From positions 3,616,001 to 3,680,000 of the forward strand of contig CM000150.2 of NCBI GenBank assembly GCA_000004695.1: 64,000 nucleotides of DNA. The letters run 5' to 3'. The DNA is from Dictyostelium discoideum (taxonomy: Eukaryota). Shown here one piece after another: positions 26,654-41,332 of the stretch; the stretch's first letter is position 1; each line of letters begins with the position of its first letter. A program made the position numbers and the translations under genes. The notes beneath the pieces were generated by a model. The model saw nothing but the letters and a program-made list of their open reading frames with translations, had not been told where the DNA came from and searched no databases.

Positions 26654-27904
26654 TTATGAGATGATATCGATCTCCTCTTGGGAGTCGTATAGCTGCGGTT
26701 TGGATGGTGAAGGGTAGATACTCCCTATGAAGCTCTCAATGATTCCTTTCCTTTCTTTTTTGACAGGTGTCTTAGGGGTGGATGGGATGTAAGGGTTGCT
26801 TCTGTTTATTGTTGGTGAGAGTTGGTTGACTTCATTGTTTGAGTGGATTTCCTCGTTCTTGCGTTTATGTGATGGAGGGATGTTTAGTGTCTTCTCTCTG
26901 TTTTCCGAGGATGAATGGGTGTTAGTGCTCGTTTTGTTGGCATTGTCTTTTTGGATGGCGTTGGATGTTGTGGTAGTGGTTGTGGTGGGTTTGACAGATT
27001 GAGATTCTGCTGGGTTTTTGCGGGGAAGAGGTAGAGATGACTTTTTTGCTTGGGCTTTTTTCTCTTGGGTTGATTGTTTATCAGACTGATTGTTTGCTGG
27101 GTTGTTTGTTTGTTGTTGTGGTTTTGGTTGAGAGGATTTGATTGCTATCCTGTTTTGGGTGTTAGGAGGATCTGTCATCTCATCTTCTAATGGTTCCTCC
27201 GTGTTGTTTGTCTCTACTTTCTTGTTTTTCTTTTGTGAGGAGTAGGTTTTGGTGGCCGTTCTGATGGTAAAGTTTGCGATTTCTGTAATGTGTTGGCCAG
27301 ATTTCATTTGATCGCCTATTTTGCATTCTATTAGACCGAATACTATGAGGTGGTCGGTGGAGTATATAGTATTGTATATTGCATAGGGTATTTCTTCTGC
27401 AAAGGCAGTTTTGATGATGGCGTCCACTATTCCTGCCTTTTCTCTGGGAATTCTTACTCTTCTTGTGAGGACGTGGAAGTCTCTACTGGAGGTGATGAAG
27501 GTTCCCAATTTGCTTCTATCTCTAATGATATTTATGAGAGATTGTTCGTTTTTAATCATCAGGTGGATCGTTTTTCTAGTTCCTTTGCCTATGTATATCT
27601 TGTCGATTGGGATATCGTAGTTTGAGAGTGTTTTTCTCATTTCTTCTAACCCCTTGAGATCCATTTTGGGGAATTCGAGTGTAATTGGGTAGAATCCGTT
27701 GTTCTTCTCGTAGGTTGAGAGCGCAGTCATGTTCAATATGGTCTCGCAGTATTTGGAGATGTCTTTGAGGCCTATTGATAGTTTGGGGTAGGTCTCCTTT
27801 ATCTCTGCTGTTTTTGTGGAGAATTCCTTAATGAAGTTCTCCGATGCCTCGTCCATATGGGTGGAGGGGTTGGCCATTTTAGCCGCGTCTGCGTAGGAAT
27901 TCAT
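26654..27904 (-). CDS. Retroelement ORF1 (TRE-like)
   Basis: A 416-aa ORF starting at ATG 27904, directly upstream of the endonuclease/RT ORFs on the same strand. It has a Ser/Thr/Pro/Gln-rich C-terminal half. Confidence 0.6.
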   Translation of the reverse strand: MNSYADAAKMANPSTHMDEASENFIKEFSTKTAEIKETYPKLSIGLKDISKYCETILNMTALSTYEKNNGFYPITLEFPKMDLKGLEEMRKTLSNYDIPIDKIYIGKGTRKTIHLMIKNEQSLINIIRDRSKLGTFITSSRDFHVLTRRVRIPREKAGIVDAIIKTAFAEEIPYAIYNTIYSTDHLIVFGLIECKIGDQMKSGQHITEIANFTIRTATKTYSSQKKNKKVETNNTEEPLEDEMTDPPNTQNRIAIKSSQPKPQQQTNNPANNQSDKQSTQEKKAQAKKSSLPLPRKNPAESQSVKPTTTTTTTSNAIQKDNANKTSTNTHSSSENREKTLNIPPSHKRKNEEIHSNNEVNQLSPTINRSNPYIPSTPKTPVKKERKGIIESFIGSIYPSPSKPQLYDSQEEIDIIS

Positions 27905-28180
27905 CTCGATGGGATTCCTTTGAATCGGCGATTTGTAAGTTAGATCTGTAGATCGTGGTGGATTGGTGATTTTTTTTGAAAGATTGGTTAAAATTGACCG
28001 AGATTAAGGATAGAAAAGGATGAATTACTTTTCACGTGTATCTTGTATCCTCTTGATCGCGGTACGGTTTTTTCACTTTCCAATAATAGTTGTATTAAAG
28101 GTTGGTGGTGTTTGAAATCCTGCAACTCGGACCCACTTAATTTAAGGAATTGAACCGGCGATCAATTGTTTCCAGTTATA

Positions 28181-28185
28181 AAAAA
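28181..28185 (-). terminator. Pol III oligo(T) terminator of tRNA-Thr
   Basis: TTTTT lies immediately 3' of the tRNA on the minus strand (plus-strand AAAAA at 28181-28185). Confidence 0.7.
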
Positions 28186-28256
28186 GGCTCCTATGAGGAT
28201 CGAACTCATGACCTCTTCCTTACTAGGGAAGCGCAATACCACTATGCTAAGGAGCC
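28185..28256 (-). tRNA. tRNA-Thr (anticodon AGU)
   Basis: The minus-strand sequence GGCTCCTTAGCATAGTGGTATTGCGCTTCCCTAGTAAGGAAGAGGTCATGAGTTCGATCCTCATAGGAGCC folds as a cloverleaf. The acceptor stem is a perfect 7 bp. The anticodon stem CTTCC/GGAAG closes a loop CUAGUAA, so the anticodon is AGU with U33 and A37. The T arm is ATGAG-TTCGATC-CTCAT. The variable loop is 5 nt. Confidence 0.85.
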
Positions 28257-29717
28257 ATTTTTGAAATTTTAAAATATAAGACATCTATAAGTTAATTTTT
28301 TAAGGAAATTTAATTTTTTGTTATTTTTTTGATTCATTTTATTTTGTAATTTAGAGAATAGAATTAAATGAAAACAATGAAAGACCCTATATTCAATTAA
28401 AAGTTAAAATTCATGAATCTAAGTTTAAAAGTAATTTGAAAGAATTTACTAGTAAATTAAATAATTGGGTTGTCAATGAATTTTTTTTTATTATATGGAA
28501 GCATTTGGGATAAAAGTAAAATAGTTTTTACTTTTGAATATTTGTTTGGATGATGTGAATTGAAAATGGAATATTCTGTGTTTCTCCAAAGTGAAATTAA
28601 ATCCAAATATTCTTTCTCTAAACCATTTGTTTGTAATGGCTCCTCTTTATTGAAATCAGTTACAACGCCAGAACTATGATAGCTACGAAGTTTGGATTGA
28701 ATAATATTTCTTGAGTTATTTATATTATTTTGAATTTGAGATAAATCACTGTTGTATGAAGATTCATCGAATACCTTTTTGATTTCATCTTTGCACTTTG
28801 GGGCTTTTCTAGATTTTGTTACCGGAATTTGTTTTGTAATGATTTCAGGTTGTTCTTTAACAATATTAATTTCTTTGACAATTTTTTCTACCTCTTCATC
28901 CACTGTTACCTCTTCTGTGACAGCAACATCTGTCATTATTTCTTTTTTATTGGTAAAAGTTTCTTTTCTTGTTACTGGAACACTTTTAATTATTATCTTT
29001 TCATCTTTTAGTTTTCCACCAATGGTGCTAATTCCAAGAGTAACAATTCCTGTAATCCATGATCTAACAGGTGCATCTTCAGTAATTCTTTCTTCAAATG
29101 TATGTGGGACAGGCTTTTTTTCAATTCTTGTAATTGTTTTGGTTGGAACTATTTCTTTGACAGTTTAGTAAGAAATAACTTCTTTATCAACAAGATTAAC
29201 TTTTATTTCATTTATTGTTTCATTTTCAGTGTATTTCTCGTCGATTTCACAATCAAACACTTTAACAGTTTCATCTTTGTTATATTTTGAATTTTAATTA
29301 TCCTTTAAAAGAGCATGCTCTTTCAATTGCTTATTTAATTCTAAATGTTTATCAAATCAATTTTTGACATCACTGGTTTTACAAGATATTTAAATGATAT
29401 TACTGATGGATGATTTTAAAAAGTTGTAACCATTTTTTGACAATGTTTCAGTAATTTACAATTGAGTCTTAATCAAACCTTGTTTAATACCAGTTGAAGA
29501 AACCCAATCGATTAAAGAATTTTTGTTTTTAATAAATTGAGATAAATAGATTAACTCTTCATTTAAATCTATCAATTGTTTAGATTGATTTAAATTTGAA
29601 TTTCCTAAAACCAAATCTAATAAGTTTGAAAATTCCATTAGTTCATTTTTGTACCTTGATTTAAATTTGTTAATAAATCATTAAAAAGCTTCATTTCAAC
29701 GGAAAATATTTTAATTG

Positions 29718-29749
29718 GAAGGAAACCTTGAAAAAGCAAGGTTTCCTTC
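29718..29749. repeat. Perfect 13-bp stem hairpin (GAAGGAAACCTTG / CAAGGTTTCCTTC) with a 6-nt loop, inside the degenerate ORF region
   Basis: Seen directly at 29718-29730 and 29737-29749. Confidence 0.75.
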
Positions 29750-30185
29750 TAGCTTTATAATTTTCAATCTTTGATTTACTACCATAAATGAAAATCCAAT
29801 AAATTGTGAATGAGATGAAATTGAAATAAATTATCTGGCAATGAAACATATGAAAGACTATTAATCATTTCCTTAATAAGTTCTCTTTGATTTTGGTTTG
29901 GTGGAACATAGCTTTTATCATCTTCACTTGGTTTTGCAAAAATTGAAGCTTTATCACAACGTATTAAATTGTCAATAATTTTCTTTGATTGTTCATCAAC
30001 GGAAATGTTTCAACAAATTTTCAAGACTTTTTTTGCAATTTTGGAGAGCCAATTTACTTCTTGATGTTTTAGTGAATACAATACCCATGCATTTTTCAAG
30101 ATCTGATCCAACTTTTTGAAAGAGATTGCCATTTTTGTTCAAACAATCTTTTAAAGCGGTTAAGTAAAAAAAATCTTTTAAGAGA

Positions 30186-30247
30186 GAATTTTAATCATTA
30201 CCCACCAGTTGCTCCTAAGCTTTCATGGTGGGTAATGATTAAAATTT
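30186..30247. repeat. Perfect 22-bp inverted repeat with an 18-bp spacer (MITE-like or hairpin) directly after the stop of the P-loop ORF
   Basis: AATTTTAATCATTACCCACCA at about 30186-30207 is exactly reverse-complementary to about 30226-30247. The spacer is GTTGCTCCTAAGCTTTCA. Confidence 0.8.
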
Positions 30248-30730
30248 TGACTTTTTGATTTTGATATTTGATTTAATTAAACCATTAATTAAATCAACTA
30301 TTTCTCCACCGGAATCAGCATCACCAGCCAAATCCAAAAGATTGCCAAAATTGGTTATTTTTAAATTTGTAATTAATGTTTTAGAACCACTTCCATCACC
30401 AATTTCAAAGCCTTTCGAATTTTCACCCAATTTTAATTCTTCATTTTCATTAATAATAAAATCACTATCCAATAATTCAAAATAATTTGTTAAAGTAGTC
30501 TTTCCAGAGCCAGTTGGACCAACTAAGAGAATTGCATCTTCAATATTTCTTTCAAATGATTTTGAACAATTTCTAATGAAACCAATAATTGTTGAAACTG
30601 TTGAATATGTTTCTTCACAATGATCATAATTGTCCAAGGTATGAATGGAATCTTTAATTTTTAAATATTTATCATTATAATCTTTAATTTCTTCTCTTTT
30701 CATTTTCAATAAATAATTTTAAAAAGATTT

Positions 30731-30762
<32 letters not shown>

Positions 30763-31264
30763 CTAATTATGCAAAAAAAAAAACTAAAAAAAAAAAAAAT
30801 AAAAAAAAATAATAAAAAAAAAATACTATATCCTCTTAAATATTAAATCTACTTATTTTTTAAGATTTATAAAAAACTAATTTTAATTTTTTATTTATTA
30901 TTACTATTAAATGATTTTTTTATTTTTTGTGATTGTAATTAATATATATATTTATTTATTTATTTATTTTTTTTACAGTTTTTTCATATGCAATTAATGA
31001 TATTTACAAATTAATTAAAAAAAAAAAAAAATTTTTTAATTTCGGGCTTGGCTTGTTATGTAATGAAAATAAGTCAAAGGGGTCAATTTCTCGAAATTTT
31101 AATAAATAAAAAAAAAAAATATAAAAATAAAAAAAAAAAAATAAATCAAATAAAAAAAAATTCCAATACCGAAATTTAAACAATAGTAATTAAAAAAAAA
31201 AATTAAACAAAGGAACTTTTAAAAAAAAAAAAAATATTCATTCCTTATAAAATAATTTTTTGAA

Positions 31265-32460
31265 ATGTTAAATAAAAAATATCTTTTAACCATTTCTAGT
31301 ATTATACTAACAAGTTCATTTCTTCTTTATAAACTTTATGATTATTTTAATGAAGAAAATAAACTAAATAAATTTAATCAAATTTCAATTGACAAAATTA
31401 TAATTTATCCAGGTAATAAAATAAAATAAAAAATAAAATATAATAAAATATAAAATAATAATAAAATATTAATAAATATAAATTAGTTAAAGCATGTAAA
31501 GGAATTGAAGTTAAAAAATGTAAATTAACTGAATATGGATTTGAAAATGATAGAAGATGGATGGTAATTAAGGATAATAGATATGTAGGACAAAAGCCAT
31601 ATCCAGTATTATCAACAGTAAAAACAGAATTTTCCGAGGATGGATTGTTTTTAATAATTTCTAAAGCAGGTATAAAAAAACAATTAAAAATTTCAACGAA
31701 ACCATTGAGTTCGAGTGAAATGAATCCGGAATTAATCTATTCAAACATTTCCACACTTGATAATATTTCACAATGTTATGATCAAGGTGATGAAGCTGCA
31801 CAATGGTTTTCAAATATTATGAATGATTCAAGTGGTACTATCAGATTCGTTCAAATGTGTCCACCTGATTTATGGAAAAGAAATATTAGAAAACATATTG
31901 GTGATAATTTAAAAACCAACTCAACCAATCAAGATAATGAAAAAGAGTATAAAAACTCTTTATCAAATTCATGTCAAATTATGTTTTTATCAAAAAGTTC
32001 AATTGATGATTTAAATAAAAGAGTTGAAAAAAATAGAATTGAAAATGGTGAGTCTATAAAAGATAAACCATCACTAAAGTATGATCGTTTTAGACCAAAT
32101 TTAATAATCAATGGGACAACTCCATTTCAAGAGGATCATTGGAAGTCAATTGAAATTGAGAATAAATCAGAAACGACCACTACTACTATCGAATTGAAAA
32201 TAGCCGATGGTAATGCTCGTTGTCCTGTCGTTACTATTGATCAAGATATGGGTGTACTTGATCCTTACAACGATGATGAACCATTGAGAACTTTAAAAAC
32301 TTTTAGAAAAGTTGATTGTGTTATTGGTCAAAAAGTTTTATTTGGTACCTATGCTGTAACTAATCCAAAGGATCTTGGAAAATTCATTTATGTTGGTGAT
32401 AAAATAAATATTTTACAAGTTGGTTTTAGTTCTAATTTTTATTCAAAAATTCCAAAATAG
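31265..32460 (+). CDS. MOSC-domain protein (mitochondrial amidoxime-reducing-component/mARC-like, MOCO sulfurase C-terminal domain)
   Basis: Exons 31265-31412 (donor GTAATA) and 31487-32460 (acceptor AAATTAG). The product ..IIIYPVKACKGIEVKKCKLTEYGFENDRRWMVIKDNRYVGQKPYP.. matches the mARC MOSC_N beta-barrel (IYPVKSCKG...DRFWLVI). The C-terminal ..FRPNLIINGTTPFQEDHWKSIEI.. matches NFRPNIVISGCDVYAEDSWDEL. Confidence 0.8.
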
Positions 32461-32465
32461 GTAGG

Positions 32466-32537
<72 letters not shown>

Positions 32538-32810
32538 AGGTAAAAAAAAAAAAAAAATCTGTGTGTGGGTGAAAAAAAAAAAAAAAAATATCTATTTAAT
32601 CAAGATCGTATATCCACTTATTATTTTCACAAATTTTTCCAAAAAAAAAAAAAATAAAAAAAAAAAAATAATAATAATAATAATGATAAAAAAAAAACAA
32701 TAATAATATTACATATAATATTTATTTCATTAAATCTGATAAAAATATAAAAAAAAAAAAAAAAAAAAAAAACAAAAAAAATAAAAAAAAAAAAAAATAG
32801 TTTATTAGTG

Positions 32811-32945
32811 AACTATATAAACAATCAAAAAGAAAGATATGATAAACTTATAAGAAAGAAAAGAAATTTGAAAAAAGTAAATAATCAAAAAGAAAGATAT
32901 GATAAACTTATAAGAAAAAAAAAGAAATTTGAAAAGTAAATATCA
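32811..32945. repeat. Tandem duplication of about 68 bp (2 units) in intergenic DNA
   Basis: aatcaaaaagaaagatatgataaacttataagaaagaaaagaaatttgaaaaaagtaa is repeated almost exactly. Confidence 0.7.
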
Positions 32946-33277
32946 AAAATTTTTTGAGCAACGATTACCATAAAATTAGTGGAATTTTTGGAAATCTTAT
33001 AAATAAATTTTTTCTTTTTTTTTTCTTTTTTTTTTTTTTGAAAATTATAATTTATTTTTTTTTTATTTTTTTTTATTTTTTTTCACTGAAAATAAATTGA
33101 CTATAAATTTAAAAAAAAATTTTCACTTTTTAAAACATTCATTTGTTGAATTATAATCAAATACTAAAGTAAATATTATAAAATTAATTTTTTTTATTTT
33201 TTTTTTATCTATTTAATTTTTCTTTATCATTTTATTTTTTATGTTTTTTTCTCCCTTCTCTATTTTTTTTATTATTA

Positions 33278-33326
<49 letters not shown>

Positions 33327-33782
33327 GAAATTTCAATAGTAGATATTATATAAATTAATAATTATAGCACAATCATAATCATAACCAAAAATATCAATTC
33401 AATATAATTTTTTCTTTGTTTATTAACAAAAAAAAAAAATTGAAAAAAAAAAAAATTAAAAAAAAAAAAAAAACAACTATTCACACCCCATCTGATCAAA
33501 TTTTTTTTTTTTTTAAGATATTTTTCCTCCAACTGCAAAATATCCTAAAATTTTTCAAAAAAAAACTTTTTTTTTTAATTTTAATTTATTTTTTTTTAAT
33601 TTTTTTTTCACAAAATTTTTTTTAATTTTTTTTTTTTCTTTTTTTCTATATTTTTTGATGCTTTATTAAATCAAAACTAATTTTTTTTTTTTTTTTTTTT
33701 TTTATTTAGATTTTTTTTTTTTTTTTTTTAAATTATTATTTATAAATAATCTTTATCTTTAACTCTATATATATAAAAAATA

Positions 33783-36408
33783 ATGGCCGATTTAAACTCT
33801 GTTATTAGAATTAAACCATTTCATTTCATTCACGTAAGTTTATAAAAAAAAAAAACAATAAAAAAAAAAGTAATCATTATTAATTTATTTTTTAATTTTT
33901 TATTTTTTTTATATAAATTAATTTTAGGTATTAGATAATAATACAAATGTTACTAGAGTTGAAGTTGGACCACAAACTTTTACAAGACAAGATCATGAAA
34001 AGTTAGTAAGTGGCCCAGAACCAATGATTATGATCCCACAACGTAACTATTGTACAATTTCAAATCCAGTAGTTCGTAATGAAAATGGTTCATTAGTATT
34101 GGATGAATATGGTCAAGTTAAATTAAGACATGGTGATGAAGAGATTCGTTTCTCACAAGAACCATTCCCATTATATCCAGGTGAAAAAATTTCAGGTAAA
34201 GTTACCGCTCTCCAAGTTGTTGCACCATTAAAGGCTTTACGTCTTCGTGCTCTCCGTGATTTCACTGAAGCTAAAGTCACTCATGTTGCTGGTGATGAAT
34301 GGTTATTTGAAGGTCCAGCAACCTATCTCCCACGTATTGATGTTAGAATTGAAGAAGAAATCAAAGCAACCATCATTGGACCAAATCAAGCACTCAAATT
34401 ACGTGCCAACAAAGCATGTTCCGATCGTTCAGGTGTTGCAAGAAAAGCTGGTGAAGAGTGGTTAGTTCGTCAACATGGTGCCTACCTCCCAGGTGTCGAT
34501 GAAAAAGTCGTTGAAATTGTAAATGCCTACGTCTTAACTGACAAGAAAGCACTCCACCTCAAAGCCACTAAAACCTTTTTAGATGAAACCAGAAAAACAC
34601 AACGTAAAGCTGGTGAGGAATGGTTAGTTGTTAGCACCGATGCTGAAACTCATATCCCAGATGTTTATGAACAAGTCGTTGGTGAAGTTCATATTACTAC
34701 CCTCTCAAATCGTCAATACTGTGTTGTTTTGGATCCAATTGGTGCCAATGGTAAACCACAACTTGGTCATAAACAATTAAGAAAGGGTGAACTCGCTTTC
34801 TTCTTAAACCCAGGTGAATCATTAGAAGGTAACAAAATTCACAATATCTACGTTTTAACCGAACAAGAAGCACTCTTACTCCGTGCTAAAGAAACCTTTT
34901 CCATTGATGGTGAATCTCATTTAGCTGGTGATCGTTGGATGATCTATGGTCCATGTGATTATGTTCCACCAGTTCAAGTTGAAGTCGTTGAAAAACGTGA
35001 ATCCATTCCATTGGATGAAAATGAAGGTATCTACGTTCGTGATATTAAAACCGGTAAAGTTGCATCAATCAAAGGTCAATCATACATGTTAAAAGCAAAT
35101 GAAGAACTTTGGGAAAAAGTTTTACCACGTACTGTCGAAGAAGTTCTTGCCAAAGAATCACTCAACCCAGAATTCACTGATAATCGTGATTCAACTCGTG
35201 TTGTTACCTATCGTGCTCCACACAATAGTGCTGTTCAAATCTATGATTACAAAGAAAAGAAATCACGTGTTGTCTTTGGTCCAGATCTTGTTATGTTAGG
35301 TCCAGATGAACATTTCACCGTTCTCTCTTTATCTGGTGATAAACCAAAACGTCCACATCAAATCAAAGCTATCGCTCTCTTTTTAGGTCCAGATTTCATG
35401 ACTGATGTTGTCATTGTCGAAACTTCTGATCATGCTCGTCTCTCCCTTAAATTATCATACAATTGGGAATTCAAAGTTGATCGTTCCAAGATTGAAGATG
35501 CTCAAAAGATCTTCCAAGTACCAGATTTTGTTGGTGACTCATGTAAAGCTATTGCCTCAAGAGTTAGAGGTGCTGTTGCTGCAGTCTCTTTTGATGATTT
35601 CCACAAACGTTCCGCTGAAGTCATCCGTCAATCCGTTTTTGGTTTAGATGAATCTGGTGAAGTCCGTAAGAACTTCTCTTTCAATTCAAACAACCTTGTC
35701 ATCACCAACATTGATATTCAATCTGTTGAACCAGTCGATCAACGTACTCGTGATTCACTCCAAAAATCTGTCCAATTGGCCATTGAAATCACCACCAAAT
35801 CACAAGAAGCTGCTGCTCGTCATGAAGCTGAACGTCTTGAACAAGGTGCTCGTGGTAGACTCGAACGTCAAAAGATTCACGATGAAGCTCAAGCAGAGTT
35901 AGCTCGTAAAGATTTATTACAACTCCAAGCTCAATCAGCTGCAGTCGAGTCAACTGGTCAAGCTACCGCTGAAGCTCAAGCTACTGCTGAAGCTGCTAAC
36001 ATTGCTGCTGAAGCCAATGTTAAACAAGCTGAATTAAAAGCTCAAGCCACCAAGATTCGTTCAGAATCTGAAATTTCTCTCTTAAAAGCCAAGAGAGAAA
36101 ATGAACTCTCATACCAAAAATCAATTGATGAACTCGAACTCACCAAACAATCTGATCTCGCTGAAATTGAAGCCTCCAAATTCAAAGCAATCGTTGAATC
36201 CATTGGTAGAGATACCCTCAAATCAATTGCTTGTGCTGGTAATGAAATGCAAGCTAAATTATTACAAGGTTTGGGTCTTAAATCATTTATGATCACCGAC
36301 GGTAAATCACCACTCAACCTTTTCGATACTGCCAACGGTATCATTGGTAATAACAATCAAATGGTAAACATGTCAAATGCTGCCAAACAATCTGGTAGAA
36401 GAAATTAA
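33783..36408 (+). CDS. mvpA: Major vault protein (843 aa)
   Basis: Exon 1 is 33783-33833 ([17 protein letters not shown], donor GTAAGT). Exon 2 is 33928-36408. The product aligns along its whole length with vertebrate MVP: [33 protein letters not shown]; [11 protein letters not shown]; the vault repeats; the shoulder region; the C-terminal coiled coil. The 843-aa length fits the alpha paralog, but choosing alpha over beta is a recollection, not something I verified. Confidence 0.9.
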
Positions 36409-37374
36409 AAAAAAATAATAATCAAAAAAAAAAAAAAAAAAAAAAAAAACAAATACCATTTTCAAATACAAAAAAAAAAAAAAAGAATGAGATAAAAAAC
36501 ATTCTTTTTTTTTATTAGAACAAAAAATATTTAGTTTTTTTTTAAAATAATGATAATAAAATAAAAAAAACTATTGTAAAATTAAATTTCTATATAATAT
36601 TTAATACATATTTTTATTTTTAATTAAATAATTTGATTTTATATTAATACTTTTATTTTTGGAAATTATCTCTAATTTTTTTGATTATTTTTATTAAAAA
36701 ATAAAATTATTTCAGATAAAAAAAGAAATAATTTTTTTGGTTGGAAAAAGATAATTTTTATTTATTTTGTTTGGGTTGAAAGAGGAGTTAAAAAAAAAAA
36801 AATGTTGTAAAAATAATTTTGGGTTGAGCGAACCCATAATAAATTTTAATATTTAAGAACCTCTTGGATTTTTGTTTTAATTTTTAGGAGTAAAGATAAA
36901 ATTAAAGGAAGATTTGGAGTGTACAAAGGAATATCAATATCAAGATATATTTACGATATATTTTATAATTCTTTCCACAATAGAGCAATTTTTAAAAACA
37001 AAAAAAAATCTATATTTGAATAAATACAAAAACAAATAATAATATATTATTATTATTTTCGAAATTAAATTCTTTCATTTTTTATTTTTTTTATTTTTAT
37101 TCAATTTGATTAATTGTTTTGATTTTTTTAAAAAAAAAATAATTTGGACATTAAATGTTAAAAATAAATCTTTTTTTTTTTTATCAAAAAATTCTAAAAA
37201 TAACTATTAAAATATCTAAATATTAAAATAAATATTAATTAAATAAATAAATAAATTTTGATAAAAATAAATTAAAGTTGATAATTATTTATTATTATTG
37301 ATAAAATTTTTTTTCAAAGAAAACTAAAAATAAAAATTTATAAGAAAATCTGATTAAATTTTTTTTTTATTAAT

Positions 37375-39402
<2,028 letters not shown>

Positions 39403-39888
39403 TATTGGTTTATTTGATGTGGAAACCTTTTAATTTTTTTTTTTTTTTTTTTATATTGCTTCACTTAGACAATTATTTCAAAAAATAAAAAAAATAAAAA
39501 AAATAAAAAAAAAAAAAAAAAAATAAAAATTTGGTCAGGTGCTGTTCCAAGTCATTAATTAGTTTTTTTTTGGAAAATAAAAAATAAAATAAATAAAAAA
39601 AAGTAAAAAGATGGAAATAAATAAAAATAAAATAAATTAAAAAATTAATAAAAAAAAGGATAAATTTTGATTAGAAAAAAAAAAAAATAATAATAGTGAT
39701 AATATGAAAAAAAAAAAAGTAAACAAAAAATAAAAAGAAGTTTTATAAAATTTTGTTTTTATTATATTGTTTTTTTTATTATTATTAATATTATTATTAT
39801 AATTATTATTTAATCGTTTTTTATTTTAATTATTATTTTTACTATTATTATTTAATCATTTTTTATTTTAATATATTTTTTCTTTTTT

Positions 39889-39933
<45 letters not shown>

Positions 39934-40010
39934 GGATGTATTGTACAAATTGTATGTGTCATTTAAACACCAACAAACTATATGTATATTTATATATTTA
40001 TTACTATTTA

Positions 40011-40152
40011 CTATTTTATAATTTGGATACTTGTTTCTTCATCAAAATATGAATCAGATTGCCTCATATCACTTTTTGAATTTGGTGATAAACTAACAGA
40101 TAATTCCTTTTTTTCGTTATCATCATGTATTTCATTATCAACAATATTATTA

Positions 40153-40193
<41 letters not shown>

Positions 40194-40903
40194 TTTATTT
40201 TTATTTTTATTATTGTCAATATCGTTATCGTTATCGTTATCACTATCATTAATGTTACATTGTTTATTTGCACTATTACTGGTGGTATTTTTACTTTCAA
40301 TGTTCTCCATTATATCTTCTCTTTCTGTTTCTTCTTCTGCTCCTGCCTCTTCCTCTTTATTATTATCTTCTTTATTATTATTGATTCTATTGATAATATT
40401 ATTATCATTATTAATAAAAGTATTATTAGGTTTATCAATAGTTGAAAAAGTGGAAGTTGTGATGGTTATTGTAGGGTTATCATTTATTTGAGATTGACCT
40501 TCAAGTAATCTTGCTTGTTGTTTTATTTTCTCTCTCAGTTGTTTAATTGTATCCTCAAGACTTTCAATTTGGTCAGAATACACTCTATTAATAACTTTTA
40601 ATTCTGCGCAATCACTACATTCATTACTATTATTATTATTGTTATTATTATTGGTATTGTTATTATTATTATTATTACTATTACTATTATTACTATTACT
40701 ATTACTATTACTATTACTATTACTATTACTATTACTATTACTATTAATATTACTATTACTATTACTATTACTATTACTATTACTATTATTATAGCTATTA
40801 TAATTATTATTGCCATTATTGTTTTGGGTATGATAATTGAAATCATCATTATGATTTGATCTACAATTGCTATTTCTATTGTTTTGGAAATTATTATTAT
40901 TTA

Positions 40904-40997
<94 letters not shown>

Positions 40998-41026
40998 TAA
41001 ATTACTATTGTTTATATTATTATTTA

Positions 41027-41105
<79 letters not shown>

Positions 41106-41272
41106 GAATCTAATATTATTTGGAGAGGAAGAGGAGGAAGAAGCTGGTGAATTAACAATTGGACTCATACTTGGTGCATTGAAATTACTTGAAATTTCAA
41201 TTGAAGTACGTGGTTCCTTTCTCTTTTGATTTAATGGCGGTGAATCATCATAAGAAAAGTCATTATTATTAC

Positions 41273-41332
<60 letters not shown>

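Larger units (their letters stand above)
22440..28175 (-). mobile_element. Composite, degenerate tRNA-gene-targeted non-LTR (LINE-like) retrotransposon of TRE type. It lies immediately downstream of tRNA-Thr, so it is probably TRE3-like
   Basis: Reading the minus strand: a GC-richer 5' UTR (about 28175-27905); ORF1 (27904-26654); an apurinic-endonuclease-like ORF (26549-25734, ..IIAGDFNCLDFND..); a UTR-like stretch and A40 (plus-strand T40 at 25467-25506); reverse transcriptase (25360-24332, FYDFNKAFDSISH and QGDPISPTIFALVLE motifs); an RT C-terminal Cys/His region (24274-23054, CKICGHLF..); then two further poly(A) tracts (plus-strand T runs at 22844-22885 and 22700-22718). Interpretation and caveats are in findings. 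Confidence 0.75.
28457..30709 (-). pseudogene. Degenerate ORF region: a P-loop NTPase/GTPase-like N-terminus followed by about 1.7 kb of coding-like sequence in the same frame, interrupted by in-frame stops. It is a probable pseudogene or element-derived ORF
   Basis: Three minus-strand ORFs share one frame: 30239-30709 (LLVGPTGSGKTTL ... LDLAGDAD, G1- and G3-like motifs), 29456-29638 and 28457-28936. The intervening sequence translates into protein-like text (..KEIVPTKTITRIEKKPVPHTFEERITEDAPVRSW..) broken by single in-frame TAA/TAG codons. It lies just upstream of tRNA-Thr. Confidence 0.4.
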
